Source of the DNA: a virus
Lineage: Duplodnaviria; Caudoviricetes
DNA: 58,677 nt
Strand: one strand, 5' to 3'
Virus record (IMG/VR): IMGVR_UViG_3300046817_000092
Coordinates: 1-58,677 of that record
Shown: piece by piece, positions 38,159-47,463 of the stretch
How positions within the stretch are numbered: position 1 is the first letter of the stretch
Layout: every line of letters begins with the position of its first letter
Program-made: the position numbers and the translations under genes
Notes under the pieces: generated by a model
Told to the model about the DNA's origin: nothing
The model's database searches: none
Seen by the model: the letters and a program-made list of their open reading frames with translations, nothing else

Positions 38159-38310
38159 GAATTGTGGTTCAAATTGATAGTAGGGAAATTCCTCCTAACA
38201 CCGATCCGATCATGGAACTTATCCCAATGTTTGAAGAAAACGGTTACAAACTTATAGAGAACGGTGTTGGTTCAAGTTACCGTCATTTAGTGTTTGAAAA
38301 GATCGAGTAG
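38155..38310 (+). CDS. small hypothetical protein (51 aa), not in ORF track
   Basis: ATGA-coupled to the resolvase, open to TAG. Confidence 0.55.
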   Translation: MRIVVQIDSREIPPNTDPIMELIPMFEENGYKLIENGVGSSYRHLVFEKIE

Positions 38311-38315
38311 TTTCA

Positions 38316-38388
38316 GGACCCGTAGCTCAACGGTTAGAGCAGCGCGCTCATAACGCGAGGGTTGTAGGTTCGATTCCTACCGGGTCCA
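38316..38388 (+). tRNA. tRNA with CAU anticodon, most likely tRNA-Ile2 (lysidine type)
   Basis: GGACCCG/CGGGTCC-A acceptor, CTCATAA loop; G1-C72 paired and no GGG/CCC anticodon stem, so not initiator; resembles B. subtilis tRNA-Ile2. Confidence 0.88.
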
Positions 38389-38402
38389 TCTGTCTTAACA
38401 AA

Positions 38403-38452
38403 GTTAAGCCCCGTAACTTAACCGAGGAGAGGACGGTGTTACGGGGCTTAAC
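38403..38452. terminator. hairpin between convergent arms (bidirectional terminator)
   Basis: Perfect 15-bp inverted repeat GTTAAGCCCCGTAAC / GTTACGGGGCTTAAC. Confidence 0.75.
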
Positions 38453-38495
38453 AACCTTGCACAGTGGTACGGCAAGGCATCTTTTGAGGGATTAG

Positions 38496-39479
38496 TTAGA
38501 GAGCAGTAACCCTCACATAATCAATAAGGAAGTGCCAAGGTCCTGGGCTATTAGGATCGGGTTGTGTTCCTCCTGCTGCCCACTGTCCTACGTCGGCAAT
38601 TTCTGCATGGAGTTGAGCACCAAACACACCACTAACAGCACTATGCGTAGCAACGAGAGTACCGTCCAAATAATACTTGGTACTATCTGCTAATGCATCA
38701 ACGCGCATAACGTGCCAATTAGTGCGTCCATCGGAACCGTTGCCTCCACCATTCTCGGCAACTCCAACCTCGGCACCATTCTGCCACTTATGCTGATTAG
38801 CACCAAACCATGTTGGATTCATGCTACGAATCTCGCCCAGGTCAATCTCGTTAATAACCTGTGAAGTTGGGCGGTCAATGTTCTGATTCCAACCAGGGCT
38901 AATCCATGCGCCTAATACATCAGGAAGCAGGAAACGAGTTTCGTAACTAAATGGTGCTTTCCATGATGCCTTGATATCCTGTGCAGGAACGGGCCAACCT
39001 GTCTGATACAGGTAAGTGCCTACACTTGCGCCAGCATATGCCTTACCGTTCCAATTCTCTCTAGTGATTTTAAGATCCAAGTTACCATTACCATCCAGAG
39101 TGGCATTCGCAGCCTTACTATAGCTCATACCACCATACTGAATGTTATCGGCGTTGTACCACTTGGTCGAGTCCAGTGTTGTACCGTTGAACTCATCATT
39201 AAAGAGATACGTCGTGGGCGGTGGCTTAGTGGGTGGAACACTCGGAGCCGGTGGAATCGGTGCTACTGGTATGTTCAAGTACATGATACCAGCGTCAACT
39301 AGACCTGCACCGTATTTTGTGGTCATTGTTGGGACTACGGGTGTTCCACCATTAACCACCGAATCTCTAAACGTAGTCCAACGCTTTAACTCAGCAGGAC
39401 TCTGTGACCCCCACTTGCTGTAATAGCTGGATGCCTCCGAGTCAGCTATAAACTTCTTGAAGTCAGCTAATGCAGTCAC
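38496..39479 (-). CDS. GH16-family glycoside hydrolase with N-terminal helical domain and Pro linker
   Basis: F.DEFNGT.LD..KW, EIDLGE catalytic motif, WH, Y.DG, IDYVRV. Confidence 0.85.
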   Translation of the reverse strand: MTALADFKKFIADSEASSYYSKWGSQSPAELKRWTTFRDSVVNGGTPVVPTMTTKYGAGLVDAGIMYLNIPVAPIPPAPSVPPTKPPPTTYLFNDEFNGTTLDSTKWYNADNIQYGGMSYSKAANATLDGNGNLDLKITRENWNGKAYAGASVGTYLYQTGWPVPAQDIKASWKAPFSYETRFLLPDVLGAWISPGWNQNIDRPTSQVINEIDLGEIRSMNPTWFGANQHKWQNGAEVGVAENGGGNGSDGRTNWHVMRVDALADSTKYYLDGTLVATHSAVSGVFGAQLHAEIADVGQWAAGGTQPDPNSPGPWHFLIDYVRVTAL

Positions 39480-39742
39480 TCTGCCACTACCTCAGTTGGG
39501 TCAGTCGTTGTGTCAATGCCCACTGTGCCATCTGTGCCCATTGCACCACTAGGCCCGTATGGAATACCACTCTTGGCAGTACCACGACTGACTGTGTATG
39601 CTGCGGCTAATATGGCTTGAATGAGTCCAGACCACTTGGCGGGTAAGTACGTCCAAACCTGCAAAGTGTTGAGCAAGAAGAATAACTGTAAAGCTGCGTG
39701 AATCCAGAACTCACTGGTCTTAATAGATGGCTTAGTCTCCAT
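39476..39742 (-). CDS. holin
   Basis: KP..KTSEFW, two TM segments, AY..SRG.AK; follows the endolysin. Confidence 0.75.
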   Translation of the reverse strand: METKPSIKTSEFWIHAALQLFFLLNTLQVWTYLPAKWSGLIQAILAAAYTVSRGTAKSGIPYGPSGAMGTDGTVGIDTTTDPTEVVAE

Positions 39743-39756
39743 GTGTCTCAGTCTCC

Positions 39757-40449
39757 TTATGTTGTGGTCTTTGGCGGAGTAGGCTTCGCTACAGGTATTT
39801 CTTCGATTGTTATAGCCTTGTGGTTCTTGACAGATTTGGTGATGAATGGGATCAGATTCGGCAAAGTGCGTCCACTCACCACGATCTGCTTAGAGCCATT
39901 GATGCTAGTAACGATCTGATACTTCTTAGGCTTCATCAGCTTTGGTGTAACAGGCGCAATCTTCTTCTGTGCCAATTCAGGTACGTGCATATACCCCGCC
40001 ACTAAACTGGCGGGGCGTTTGCATATCAGTACTGCATCACTGACGTTACCGTCCACTGTTACGATGTAGGTGCCTTCGCGCCTTAAAAACATGGACCAGT
40101 GGCCGCTACCCATATTCCAGCAAACACCGTCACCGGGTATGGGAGTCTTAGTGGTCCAATTAGCCTTTTTAGCCCAGGCCAACATATCGTAGGCACCTGC
40201 CCCTTTATAGGGGAGTCCATGCTTGCCCGGTTCAGCTATGAGCCAATTGTACTGAAAGAACGCAACACACCATGCCCAACCTGTTCCTTTAAGAAATGTT
40301 GCGGCCTGATACTTGCGTATCTCTGGTGATGTGTTACTGTGGCTACCAGGAGGTATCTCAATTATTTTCTTGTTGTACTCGGCTAACGCGCTCTTAACGG
40401 CTGCGTCGTGTAGTGGAAACTTCTGTGCGTCGAGTGTGTATTGACTCAT
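39757..40449 (-). CDS. endolysin, CHAP domain
   Basis: AWCVAF, P.PGD, GH, TVDGN.SDAV. Confidence 0.85.
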   Translation of the reverse strand: MSQYTLDAQKFPLHDAAVKSALAEYNKKIIEIPPGSHSNTSPEIRKYQAATFLKGTGWAWCVAFFQYNWLIAEPGKHGLPYKGAGAYDMLAWAKKANWTTKTPIPGDGVCWNMGSGHWSMFLRREGTYIVTVDGNVSDAVLICKRPASLVAGYMHVPELAQKKIAPVTPKLMKPKKYQIVTSINGSKQIVVSGRTLPNLIPFITKSVKNHKAITIEEIPVAKPTPPKTTT

Positions 40450-40835
40450 TTTAAACTTCCACTCTCCTTGATTATATCTATCAGCTTAATGCGCCTATAG
40501 TAGATAAGACCAGCAAACACAGTTGAAGAAATCGACGAGAATATAACGATTCCTGCAATTGATATACTAGCTGCCGTAGGATGGTCGTGTGAACTTTTTT
40601 GCGTCATAGCAATAACACCTGTTGACAAATAAGATAACTGTGTTACGCAGGCTGCTATGAATATGAGCATAGACGTCACAGCTGAGTATTTACGAAGGCC
40701 ATTTACTTTAGCATGATTTATGAACATTAAATCACCCCAAGATCTACCCAACAAACCGCCAACAAAAATCAAACCAATACCCGCAATTAGCGTCCACACT
40801 AATTCTAATACTGTTATAGTACTAGTCAGTTCCAT
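40446..40835 (-). CDS. three-TM membrane protein (lysis region)
   Basis: Three hydrophobic segments. Confidence 0.7.
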   Translation of the reverse strand: MELTSTITVLELVWTLIAGIGLIFVGGLLGRSWGDLMFINHAKVNGLRKYSAVTSMLIFIAACVTQLSYLSTGVIAMTQKSSHDHPTAASISIAGIVIFSSISSTVFAGLIYYRRIKLIDIIKESGSLK

Positions 40836-40838
40836 TAA

Positions 40839-40979
40839 TTAATGTCCTTGCCGTGTTTGATTCTTGAATGACAGCTCTACAGCAGTTAACCGTGCTGCGA
40901 CATTTTTCTGCGCCTCCGCTTCCATTTGTAAACGTGCATTGAAACTTTGCCGCTCGTATTTTCTATGTCTCCTTCTCAT
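40839..40979 (-). CDS. small coiled-coil protein (46 aa, MRRRHRKYERQ...), not in ORF track
   Basis: Fills the gap exactly between two membrane-protein genes. Confidence 0.55.
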   Translation of the reverse strand: MRRRHRKYERQSFNARLQMEAEAQKNVAARLTAVELSFKNQTRQGH

Positions 40980-40980
40980 C

Positions 40981-41250
40981 TTAAACGTTTTCAGTAGATT
41001 CATCTTTTACACCACTTACTATTTTCTCCGTTATGTTGACCCCGCGTAGAGAAATCTGCATCCACATTAGATTAGATTGTTCTACCTTTTCGTATCTGTC
41101 TTGAAGGTCTTTGTATTGCCAACCAAACACCCACCATTTTCGAGAACCGCCTACTATGATAAAAAGTAGTAAGCCAATTATACCTCCTGACTGTATCCAG
41201 TCTAGGCCAGAGGTTGGATTTACAACGTCATAGAAAATTGAAGAGATCAT
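40981..41250 (-). CDS. membrane protein with coiled coil (lysis region)
   Basis: One TM, WWVFGWQY motif; start moved to the ATGA overlap at 41250. Confidence 0.7.
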   Translation of the reverse strand: MISSIFYDVVNPTSGLDWIQSGGIIGLLLFIIVGGSRKWWVFGWQYKDLQDRYEKVEQSNLMWMQISLRGVNITEKIVSGVKDESTENV

Positions 41251-43136
41251 ATTGTTGGGCCAATCCAAAATGCTATTGATTCCCAAGGCCACTTACCGTC
41301 TGAGCCTGAATAAAATGATCCAGACCACAAAACACTTATAGGTGTTGTTATTGGATTCAGATCAGTTGCAGCACTTGGTAATATAGCAAACGAAGGCCAT
41401 AAGCCCACACCAATCCCAGCACCAACATTTACATACGTTTCATTTGGAAGAGTTTGCCAAGATAAAACACTTGTATCATATGTTCCAGATGTTGGTCCAA
41501 CATTAGTGTTTGCTGACGGGAAAGAACCAAAGTTCACACCGAATTGAGCCATGTCCATATTGGCGAGAATACCACCCATCATAACCCCGTTACCAAAACT
41601 ATTTGGTGTAGTTGAACGTTGGGGTGAACCATTGGGAGTTATTCCAACTGATGCGATATAATCAACGAATGATATTCCGTGACCATTACCCTCATCCAAA
41701 TTAGCAAATGCTGCACCTACAATTGCCCAAGCTGCTGGAGCACTAGTTGGAGTTTCACTATAATCTGTCCAATGCAAAGTAAGATTATCGGTTGAAAATA
41801 ATGTAGTTGTTACCTGCATGTAATATATTTCATCATATCCATCAACATCGCCAAACTTACTTATCGCGTTTATTGCATTTGGCCAAACATTACCACGATT
41901 ATCTGTTATGTGGTCAACGACGCTAGGTGGGCTTCCAACAACATCATTGTAAGCAATCCACAAAACTATGTAACTACCAACACGTACTGTTCTATTAAAT
42001 GTTATTGTTGTAGTTGTAGGACCGCCATTACCATGACCACGAATACATTCTCCAATAAATACAGGTCTATATGCTGTTGAGAGTTCGGGTGCCCATGCTA
42101 TACCATCATATGTTTTATTATTCAATGTGGCAATTACATCGACATTGTAATAACCTAAAGTAGTACCAGTAGTAGTATCTACTGTTATAAATCGTGAGTT
42201 ATTGATACTTACTGTGTCGTGTGTGAGACACCAGAATAAACCGTCTCTGAATGAAGCAGCAACTATTGCATCATTTGAGAAACCAGTACCGTCCATATGG
42301 GGAGGACCAAATCCATCAGGAATCGTGTGCCAAACACCAGTAGATGGATCAACAACACTTAATGTACCATTTGCCCCATCTCTAAAAAAGTATCCCAAAC
42401 CATTTGGAGCAAAATCAAGACCAGTACCATTCTCGAATGTAGTACCGGTCCCACCAACGACCGTAAATACGGCTGTTGATTTATTTATGCTAACTAAACG
42501 GTTTCCTGAGTTCCAACCAAAAAGATTACCATTAGCATCAAATGCTATATCTTCTGCAAAAGGTCCTGATGATACAATATCATTTACTAAGAATCCAGTA
42601 CCAATGTTGGGGTCTATAATAATAAGCTTTTGTGAACTGTCGGTTGTTACTGCATAAAGACTTGTCGTGATTGGGTCAAAAGCCATACCCTGTATACCAA
42701 ATCCAATTGGACCAATTGTTGTAAGTGTCCCGGTCACAGGATCAATTCGATAAAGGTTACTAGACGGATCACGGTTTGCTACGTATAACCCAGATGGAGC
42801 TGGTGGTGGAGTGAACAGGGCAAAAGTCCACCACTGGCCTTCGTCAAACCAACACGGCGCTCCAACACCTAATACGAGTTGACCCTGTACTGCATCCTGT
42901 GGTGCATTGCCAGTTGCCGGTGTTCCAGGTGCTCCGTACCAAGTATCATTGACACACCAATTTAATGAATGATCAGAGCCAATCGCAATCTGCCCATTAA
43001 CTGCATCCTGTGGAGGATTACCGCCAGACGGAATACCAACCTTAGTCTGCCATTCTGTGCCATTAAACCAGTTAATAGAACCATCTGTGCCAACCGCAAT
43101 TTGGCCCTTGATTGAGTCTTGAGGAAAAATACTCAT
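41247..43136 (-). CDS. tail fibre/receptor-binding protein: three PQD.V.GQ repeats, beta-propeller, C-terminal beta domain
   Basis: 629 aa; LY.IDP.TG..T.IG / MAFDP propeller blades. Confidence 0.7.
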   Translation of the reverse strand: MSIFPQDSIKGQIAVGTDGSINWFNGTEWQTKVGIPSGGNPPQDAVNGQIAIGSDHSLNWCVNDTWYGAPGTPATGNAPQDAVQGQLVLGVGAPCWFDEGQWWTFALFTPPPAPSGLYVANRDPSSNLYRIDPVTGTLTTIGPIGFGIQGMAFDPITTSLYAVTTDSSQKLIIIDPNIGTGFLVNDIVSSGPFAEDIAFDANGNLFGWNSGNRLVSINKSTAVFTVVGGTGTTFENGTGLDFAPNGLGYFFRDGANGTLSVVDPSTGVWHTIPDGFGPPHMDGTGFSNDAIVAASFRDGLFWCLTHDTVSINNSRFITVDTTTGTTLGYYNVDVIATLNNKTYDGIAWAPELSTAYRPVFIGECIRGHGNGGPTTTTITFNRTVRVGSYIVLWIAYNDVVGSPPSVVDHITDNRGNVWPNAINAISKFGDVDGYDEIYYMQVTTTLFSTDNLTLHWTDYSETPTSAPAAWAIVGAAFANLDEGNGHGISFVDYIASVGITPNGSPQRSTTPNSFGNGVMMGGILANMDMAQFGVNFGSFPSANTNVGPTSGTYDTSVLSWQTLPNETYVNVGAGIGVGLWPSFAILPSAATDLNPITTPISVLWSGSFYSGSDGKWPWESIAFWIGPTI

Positions 43137-44086
43137 ACGAGCATCTCACTGATTTGCACAGAAAATGATTCCATCGCGCGACCACGTAATACATTGGATG
43201 GTGAACCACCAGCATTATCTGTAACTGATGAAGGATATTTTGTTATATCAGCAGATGGATCAAGTCTAACTGTATTTAACATACACGTTTGAATAACTAA
43301 ACCAGATGGAGCAGTTATGTCTTGTGTTACTTCCACTTTGACGAAGTTTTCGTTAACACTTCTTCCGCGGCCTACAATTCCTGGATGAATTGTTGGCGTT
43401 CCAGCAGTTCTAATTGTTGTTATTCCTGCTATGCAAGTTGTATCAAAGTTTGAATTAAAGATTTGCAAATCGTCGGTTACTGGACTTGAGAAATAGTTAT
43501 ACACAGAACTATAGTGACCAGTTCTACTCGGTGGTGTATTACCCACGACATAAGGCGATATATCATCATCACGAGAATCAAACGGAGGATTATACGGATT
43601 GAAGATTACATCTTCATTTTGAAGCATTGGATGATCCCATTCAACAAAATCTGTTATGGCGGAATCTTCTAAAAACATGAATCCATATAACCCAGACCAC
43701 GGATTTGGAAAAAATACAGCGGTGCGGGATACAAAAAATTCACTCGTAGTAACATGTTGTGAAAATCCTAATGAGCCACCAAACGGATTATCACCCCACG
43801 GTGATGAAGTTACACTTCCAGAAAAACTAAGATTATCTATCTGCTTGAGTTTAACACCTATCCAGTATATTGGCAGTATGCTGTTAGCAAAGTTTATTGT
43901 AAGGATTGTACCTGCTGGAATATTAGAACGAACTTGGTATACAGCCCCATAAGGGCAGGAGAAATATGGGCTACCGACAGATACAAGTTCGTGAGTATCG
44001 TAAATTGGAAATGTGGGAGCAGCAATCACTGACGCAAGACTGCGCTCAACCGAAGAAAGACGATGATGAAATTGATCGTAAGACAT
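43133..44086 (-). CDS. putative receptor-binding protein with shared N-terminal anchor
   Basis: Start moved to MSYDQFHHRL at 44086, 2 nt after the upstream stop; APTFPIYD motif. Confidence 0.65.
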   Translation of the reverse strand: MSYDQFHHRLSSVERSLASVIAAPTFPIYDTHELVSVGSPYFSCPYGAVYQVRSNIPAGTILTINFANSILPIYWIGVKLKQIDNLSFSGSVTSSPWGDNPFGGSLGFSQHVTTSEFFVSRTAVFFPNPWSGLYGFMFLEDSAITDFVEWDHPMLQNEDVIFNPYNPPFDSRDDDISPYVVGNTPPSRTGHYSSVYNYFSSPVTDDLQIFNSNFDTTCIAGITTIRTAGTPTIHPGIVGRGRSVNENFVKVEVTQDITAPSGLVIQTCMLNTVRLDPSADITKYPSSVTDNAGGSPSNVLRGRAMESFSVQISEMLV

Positions 44087-44088
44087 TG

Positions 44089-44841
44089 TTAAATGAGTGA
44101 CGTAAATTGAGGATATATATAGAGGCCGTGTTCCCATACCTGAGAAAGACTAAAATAACAGGCATTTATAAATGGATCATTTAACAAAAGATTAAATGTA
44201 GATACTGGGAACTGTACATGAAAACTCGTCCATATATCAGTATGAAAACCCAATGTACTATTTTTAGTAAAGAAAACATTCGATCCACCACCATCAATTA
44301 TATGTGTTAATTCCAACACAGTTCCGTGTGGTGATAGATTCACATTCGTCATCCCAAACATTCCATCATCAACCGGATTAACTACCAATTCCCACGGTGG
44401 ATCAGTTGGAAATGAACTAAGTGGATCACTAAAATATTCAGTTCCTCCACGTGTAGAACCTACACGCACATCCCACAAATAATAGGTCATATCTGGGTAA
44501 CTGATTAGATCATTAGGTCCGCCAATATCTGGAAACATTGTAGTTGCAAACTCAAGATTTGGTGCTTCTATACCTGGTGTGAGAGTACCCACTAAAACTC
44601 CATTCACATACCAATCCCAAACACCAGTGGAAACAAGATCGGTTACAAAATGTACTTCCACAAAATAGTCTACATTTGGTGATAATGGGAATAGAATTCT
44701 ACCACCAGGTATAAAGACCATCATAAATAGCTCAACACCATTTGTCAAATCGTACTTTGGTATCGTGGGCGCAGCAATATTCTCGAGCTTTTCGAGTTTG
44801 TTGCGCGCAGCCATGATACGTGGTTTAAAGGTTTCGTACAT
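44089..44841 (-). CDS. putative receptor-binding protein (lectin/jelly-roll-like) with shared N-terminal anchor
   Basis: APTIPKYD motif; Y.VEVH, WYVNG, YLWDVRV strands. Confidence 0.65.
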   Translation of the reverse strand: MYETFKPRIMAARNKLEKLENIAAPTIPKYDLTNGVELFMMVFIPGGRILFPLSPNVDYFVEVHFVTDLVSTGVWDWYVNGVLVGTLTPGIEAPNLEFATTMFPDIGGPNDLISYPDMTYYLWDVRVGSTRGGTEYFSDPLSSFPTDPPWELVVNPVDDGMFGMTNVNLSPHGTVLELTHIIDGGGSNVFFTKNSTLGFHTDIWTSFHVQFPVSTFNLLLNDPFINACYFSLSQVWEHGLYIYPQFTSLI

Positions 44842-44842
44842 T

Positions 44843-45958
44843 TTAAGGATGTCCGTAAGTTGCTATTCTAGCTTGAGGACCCAAAAATCCAGTAGCAACT
44901 ACAACATCAAGTGATGGTGAATAAGCTAGTGAATATACACCGTCAAAAGGAATATTAGCATTTACCCATTCAACATTTCCATTCGGTGATAAGAATGCTG
45001 CACGGTCCGAGAAGCCGTTTGTGTATCCACCAACTATAACGTTTTGTCCATCATCTATGATACATATAGCCTCACCTGCCGCAAAGGTACCAATTATTCC
45101 ATCAAACATAGGTGGTGTTTCAGTCCAAGTTAACCCACCATCGCTTGATTGTATGACCGACGAATGACTTGGATCAAAGACACCTGTCACTGGATCAGAA
45201 TTACCACTTCCAGCTATGAATACTTTACCTAAACGTGGAGACTCTGTTATATCGTAGCAAAAGGACCACTGATCTAATGGTGTAGATACAGATTGCCACG
45301 CTATCCCGTCGTCCGATCTAAGAACAGTGTGATATGGAGCAGCCGTGTCTCCTGCTAATATAAAACAATTAAATATAGCTGACCACATACCAGTGAATAC
45401 ATCAGGAGAACGACTATCCCACGGAGTAGTTCTATTTGTCCACGTTGTTCCATTATCATCAGAAGTTGCTACAGTATTACCACCCAAATGGATAGCAACC
45501 CACCTATTCAATGTCGGAGAATATGCAGCAACTTCATCACTAAAACCAGAAGGTGTTATTGACCAACTTAAACCATCACTTGTTTGCCTGTTCTTACCAG
45601 AGTAATAACGGGGTTGCACATCACTACCAGGCAAGTGTCCCCATAACCCGCTAGATTGAAGTGTGCCTGGGCCTGCTCTACCAGTCCACGTTATACCATC
45701 AGTTGAGGTTAATTCTGAGTATGGAGAGTTGCCTAATGCAACAATAATAAACATTCCCAATTTCTCAGACCACGCTATCTGACCAGGACTATTGCTACCG
45801 AAATCCCAATCATTGTGTCTTATAGTCCAAACTTTTGGAACCATTGAATCTAAATCATAGACCGGCACAGTAGGTGCCGTGTTATTCTGTAACCTTCGTG
45901 TCCGGTTTTCAAGGTGAGTGATATGGTCGTGCAACATCTGTTGATCGTAGTCGTGCAT
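44843..45958 (-). CDS. putative receptor-binding protein, BNR/Asp-box beta-propeller with shared N-terminal anchor
   Basis: Repeated S.DG..W Asp-boxes; APTVPVYD motif. Confidence 0.75.
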   Translation of the reverse strand: MHDYDQQMLHDHITHLENRTRRLQNNTAPTVPVYDLDSMVPKVWTIRHNDWDFGSNSPGQIAWSEKLGMFIIVALGNSPYSELTSTDGITWTGRAGPGTLQSSGLWGHLPGSDVQPRYYSGKNRQTSDGLSWSITPSGFSDEVAAYSPTLNRWVAIHLGGNTVATSDDNGTTWTNRTTPWDSRSPDVFTGMWSAIFNCFILAGDTAAPYHTVLRSDDGIAWQSVSTPLDQWSFCYDITESPRLGKVFIAGSGNSDPVTGVFDPSHSSVIQSSDGGLTWTETPPMFDGIIGTFAAGEAICIIDDGQNVIVGGYTNGFSDRAAFLSPNGNVEWVNANIPFDGVYSLAYSPSLDVVVATGFLGPQARIATYGHP

Positions 45959-47191
45959 TTAACCCTCAGGTGTACCTGTGTTAATGCTCAAAGCATATAT
46001 CTGGTCTAATGTGATATCAACGAGTACCCCACCCTCGGGGTCCATTGTCGCTGAGTATGACTTGATCTGTTGTGGTGAATCTATCATGTGGAAGATCATT
46101 TCATAATCAATGTAGATTGCGCGGCCAATACGGAATGTAAGCCAATAGTCTGTGATGAGGTATGGATCGACCTTAAGTGTTATAACGTGTTGAGGCTGCA
46201 AGTCCCGACTAAGCTGCTTCTGTGTAAGATTGATTAACTGTTGGAATGATCTAATGTCACCAAAGTCATATGAAGCATCCAGTCGTGAGAATTGTACCTG
46301 ACCAGGAAGATAACCGTATGCTCGACCTAATGTGGTTTGTGATGCTAGTCCAGCACCCTTACCTAACACATGAGTTGCCGCTGGTCCATTGTTAGTAAAT
46401 CCTAAATCAATAGGAATGTGTGAACTATCAATGGTGTAATAGATCGCCGGACTGGTCGGATTACCGAATCTGTATGGTGTTGCCCAATGGAATGCCATAT
46501 CATGACCAATCCACCAATCGAATCCATTATGCGTTCCAGCCAATGTGTTGATGATCGAATCTAAGTATGAATCATCCCCAAGGCTGAGATTCATATTGGT
46601 GCGAATACCACTGAGTCCAGACAGTGAACTAAGATCGAATGTAATGCGATTACCCACATTCATGACCTCTGGGATGATATCACCTAGTATGCGGATTAAG
46701 TCACGGTTAAATGCCTGATACGCAAGTCCGTCCGGTGTTGCTGCACCAGACCCAATGAGTTCATTGTTGTTGTACGTATTCGGGTGTTGGAAATCAAATG
46801 TATGATCCGGTGGACCGAAACGTGGATCGAATGGATACTGCCAACGCTCAAAATAGTGTTCCCACGTCTTACCAGCTACGCTCATAAAGTCGTCATGGAA
46901 GCTAGTGCGCTCAGATGAAACTATCGGCCCACTCATAATAACCACGTCACCATATCGTAGCCGGAACCATGAGCGCATCGGGCCTATGAAGTCGTGGCCG
47001 CTAACTATGACAGCGCCATCAACATCGAGCGCACTAAAACTGATCTGATAAGAGCAGTTACCAACCCCACGTATCTGTTCATCCCAAGCCAGATTCTCGG
47101 GCTTAAAGCTGATGAATGACCCAGGCGTGAACGTCGGGTCTGTTGAAGTGTGATCTATGTAATACGTGAAATCATGGGCTACAGTAGGCAT
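45959..47191 (-). CDS. minor tail / baseplate hub protein
   Basis: 410 aa, position after Dit; SGPI...., ATHV.G.G, ...G..I.I pattern. Confidence 0.7.
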   Translation of the reverse strand: MPTVAHDFTYYIDHTSTDPTFTPGSFISFKPENLAWDEQIRGVGNCSYQISFSALDVDGAVIVSGHDFIGPMRSWFRLRYGDVVIMSGPIVSSERTSFHDDFMSVAGKTWEHYFERWQYPFDPRFGPPDHTFDFQHPNTYNNNELIGSGAATPDGLAYQAFNRDLIRILGDIIPEVMNVGNRITFDLSSLSGLSGIRTNMNLSLGDDSYLDSIINTLAGTHNGFDWWIGHDMAFHWATPYRFGNPTSPAIYYTIDSSHIPIDLGFTNNGPAATHVLGKGAGLASQTTLGRAYGYLPGQVQFSRLDASYDFGDIRSFQQLINLTQKQLSRDLQPQHVITLKVDPYLITDYWLTFRIGRAIYIDYEMIFHMIDSPQQIKSYSATMDPEGGVLVDITLDQIYALSINTGTPEG

Positions 47192-47457
47192 CAGATTTGT
47201 CCATTATCTGTGTCGAATGGTCCCCATTGACCTGCGGGGTGTACGAATTCTAACTCACCTGTTGGCACACTCGTCACAATTGCAAATGTTGCTGAGTCTG
47301 AGTATGGCCCACCTTCAACATATAATACCTGGGTTATACTCGTGATGATTACTGATGGTGTATCATAACTTGTACGACCAATACCCACTTGCGCGGGTAC
47401 TAAAAAACCCACCTGCACAGGTGAGTCGTGAGAGTGCCCTGGATTAACGAGCGGCAT
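47191..47457 (-). CDS. small tail-associated protein
   Basis: 88 aa between Dit and hub; contains one YSDSAT repeat. Confidence 0.6.
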   Translation of the reverse strand: MPLVNPGHSHDSPVQVGFLVPAQVGIGRTSYDTPSVIITSITQVLYVEGGPYSDSATFAIVTSVPTGELEFVHPAGQWGPFDTDNGQI

Positions 47458-47463
47458 TGTGGC

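Noticed and set aside
41247-45958. Diversity-generating retroelement or invertible shufflon behind the fibre diversity
   Set aside because: No reverse transcriptase, no template/variable repeat pair differing at adenines, no recombinase or inverted crossover sites seen; all genes are on one strand.
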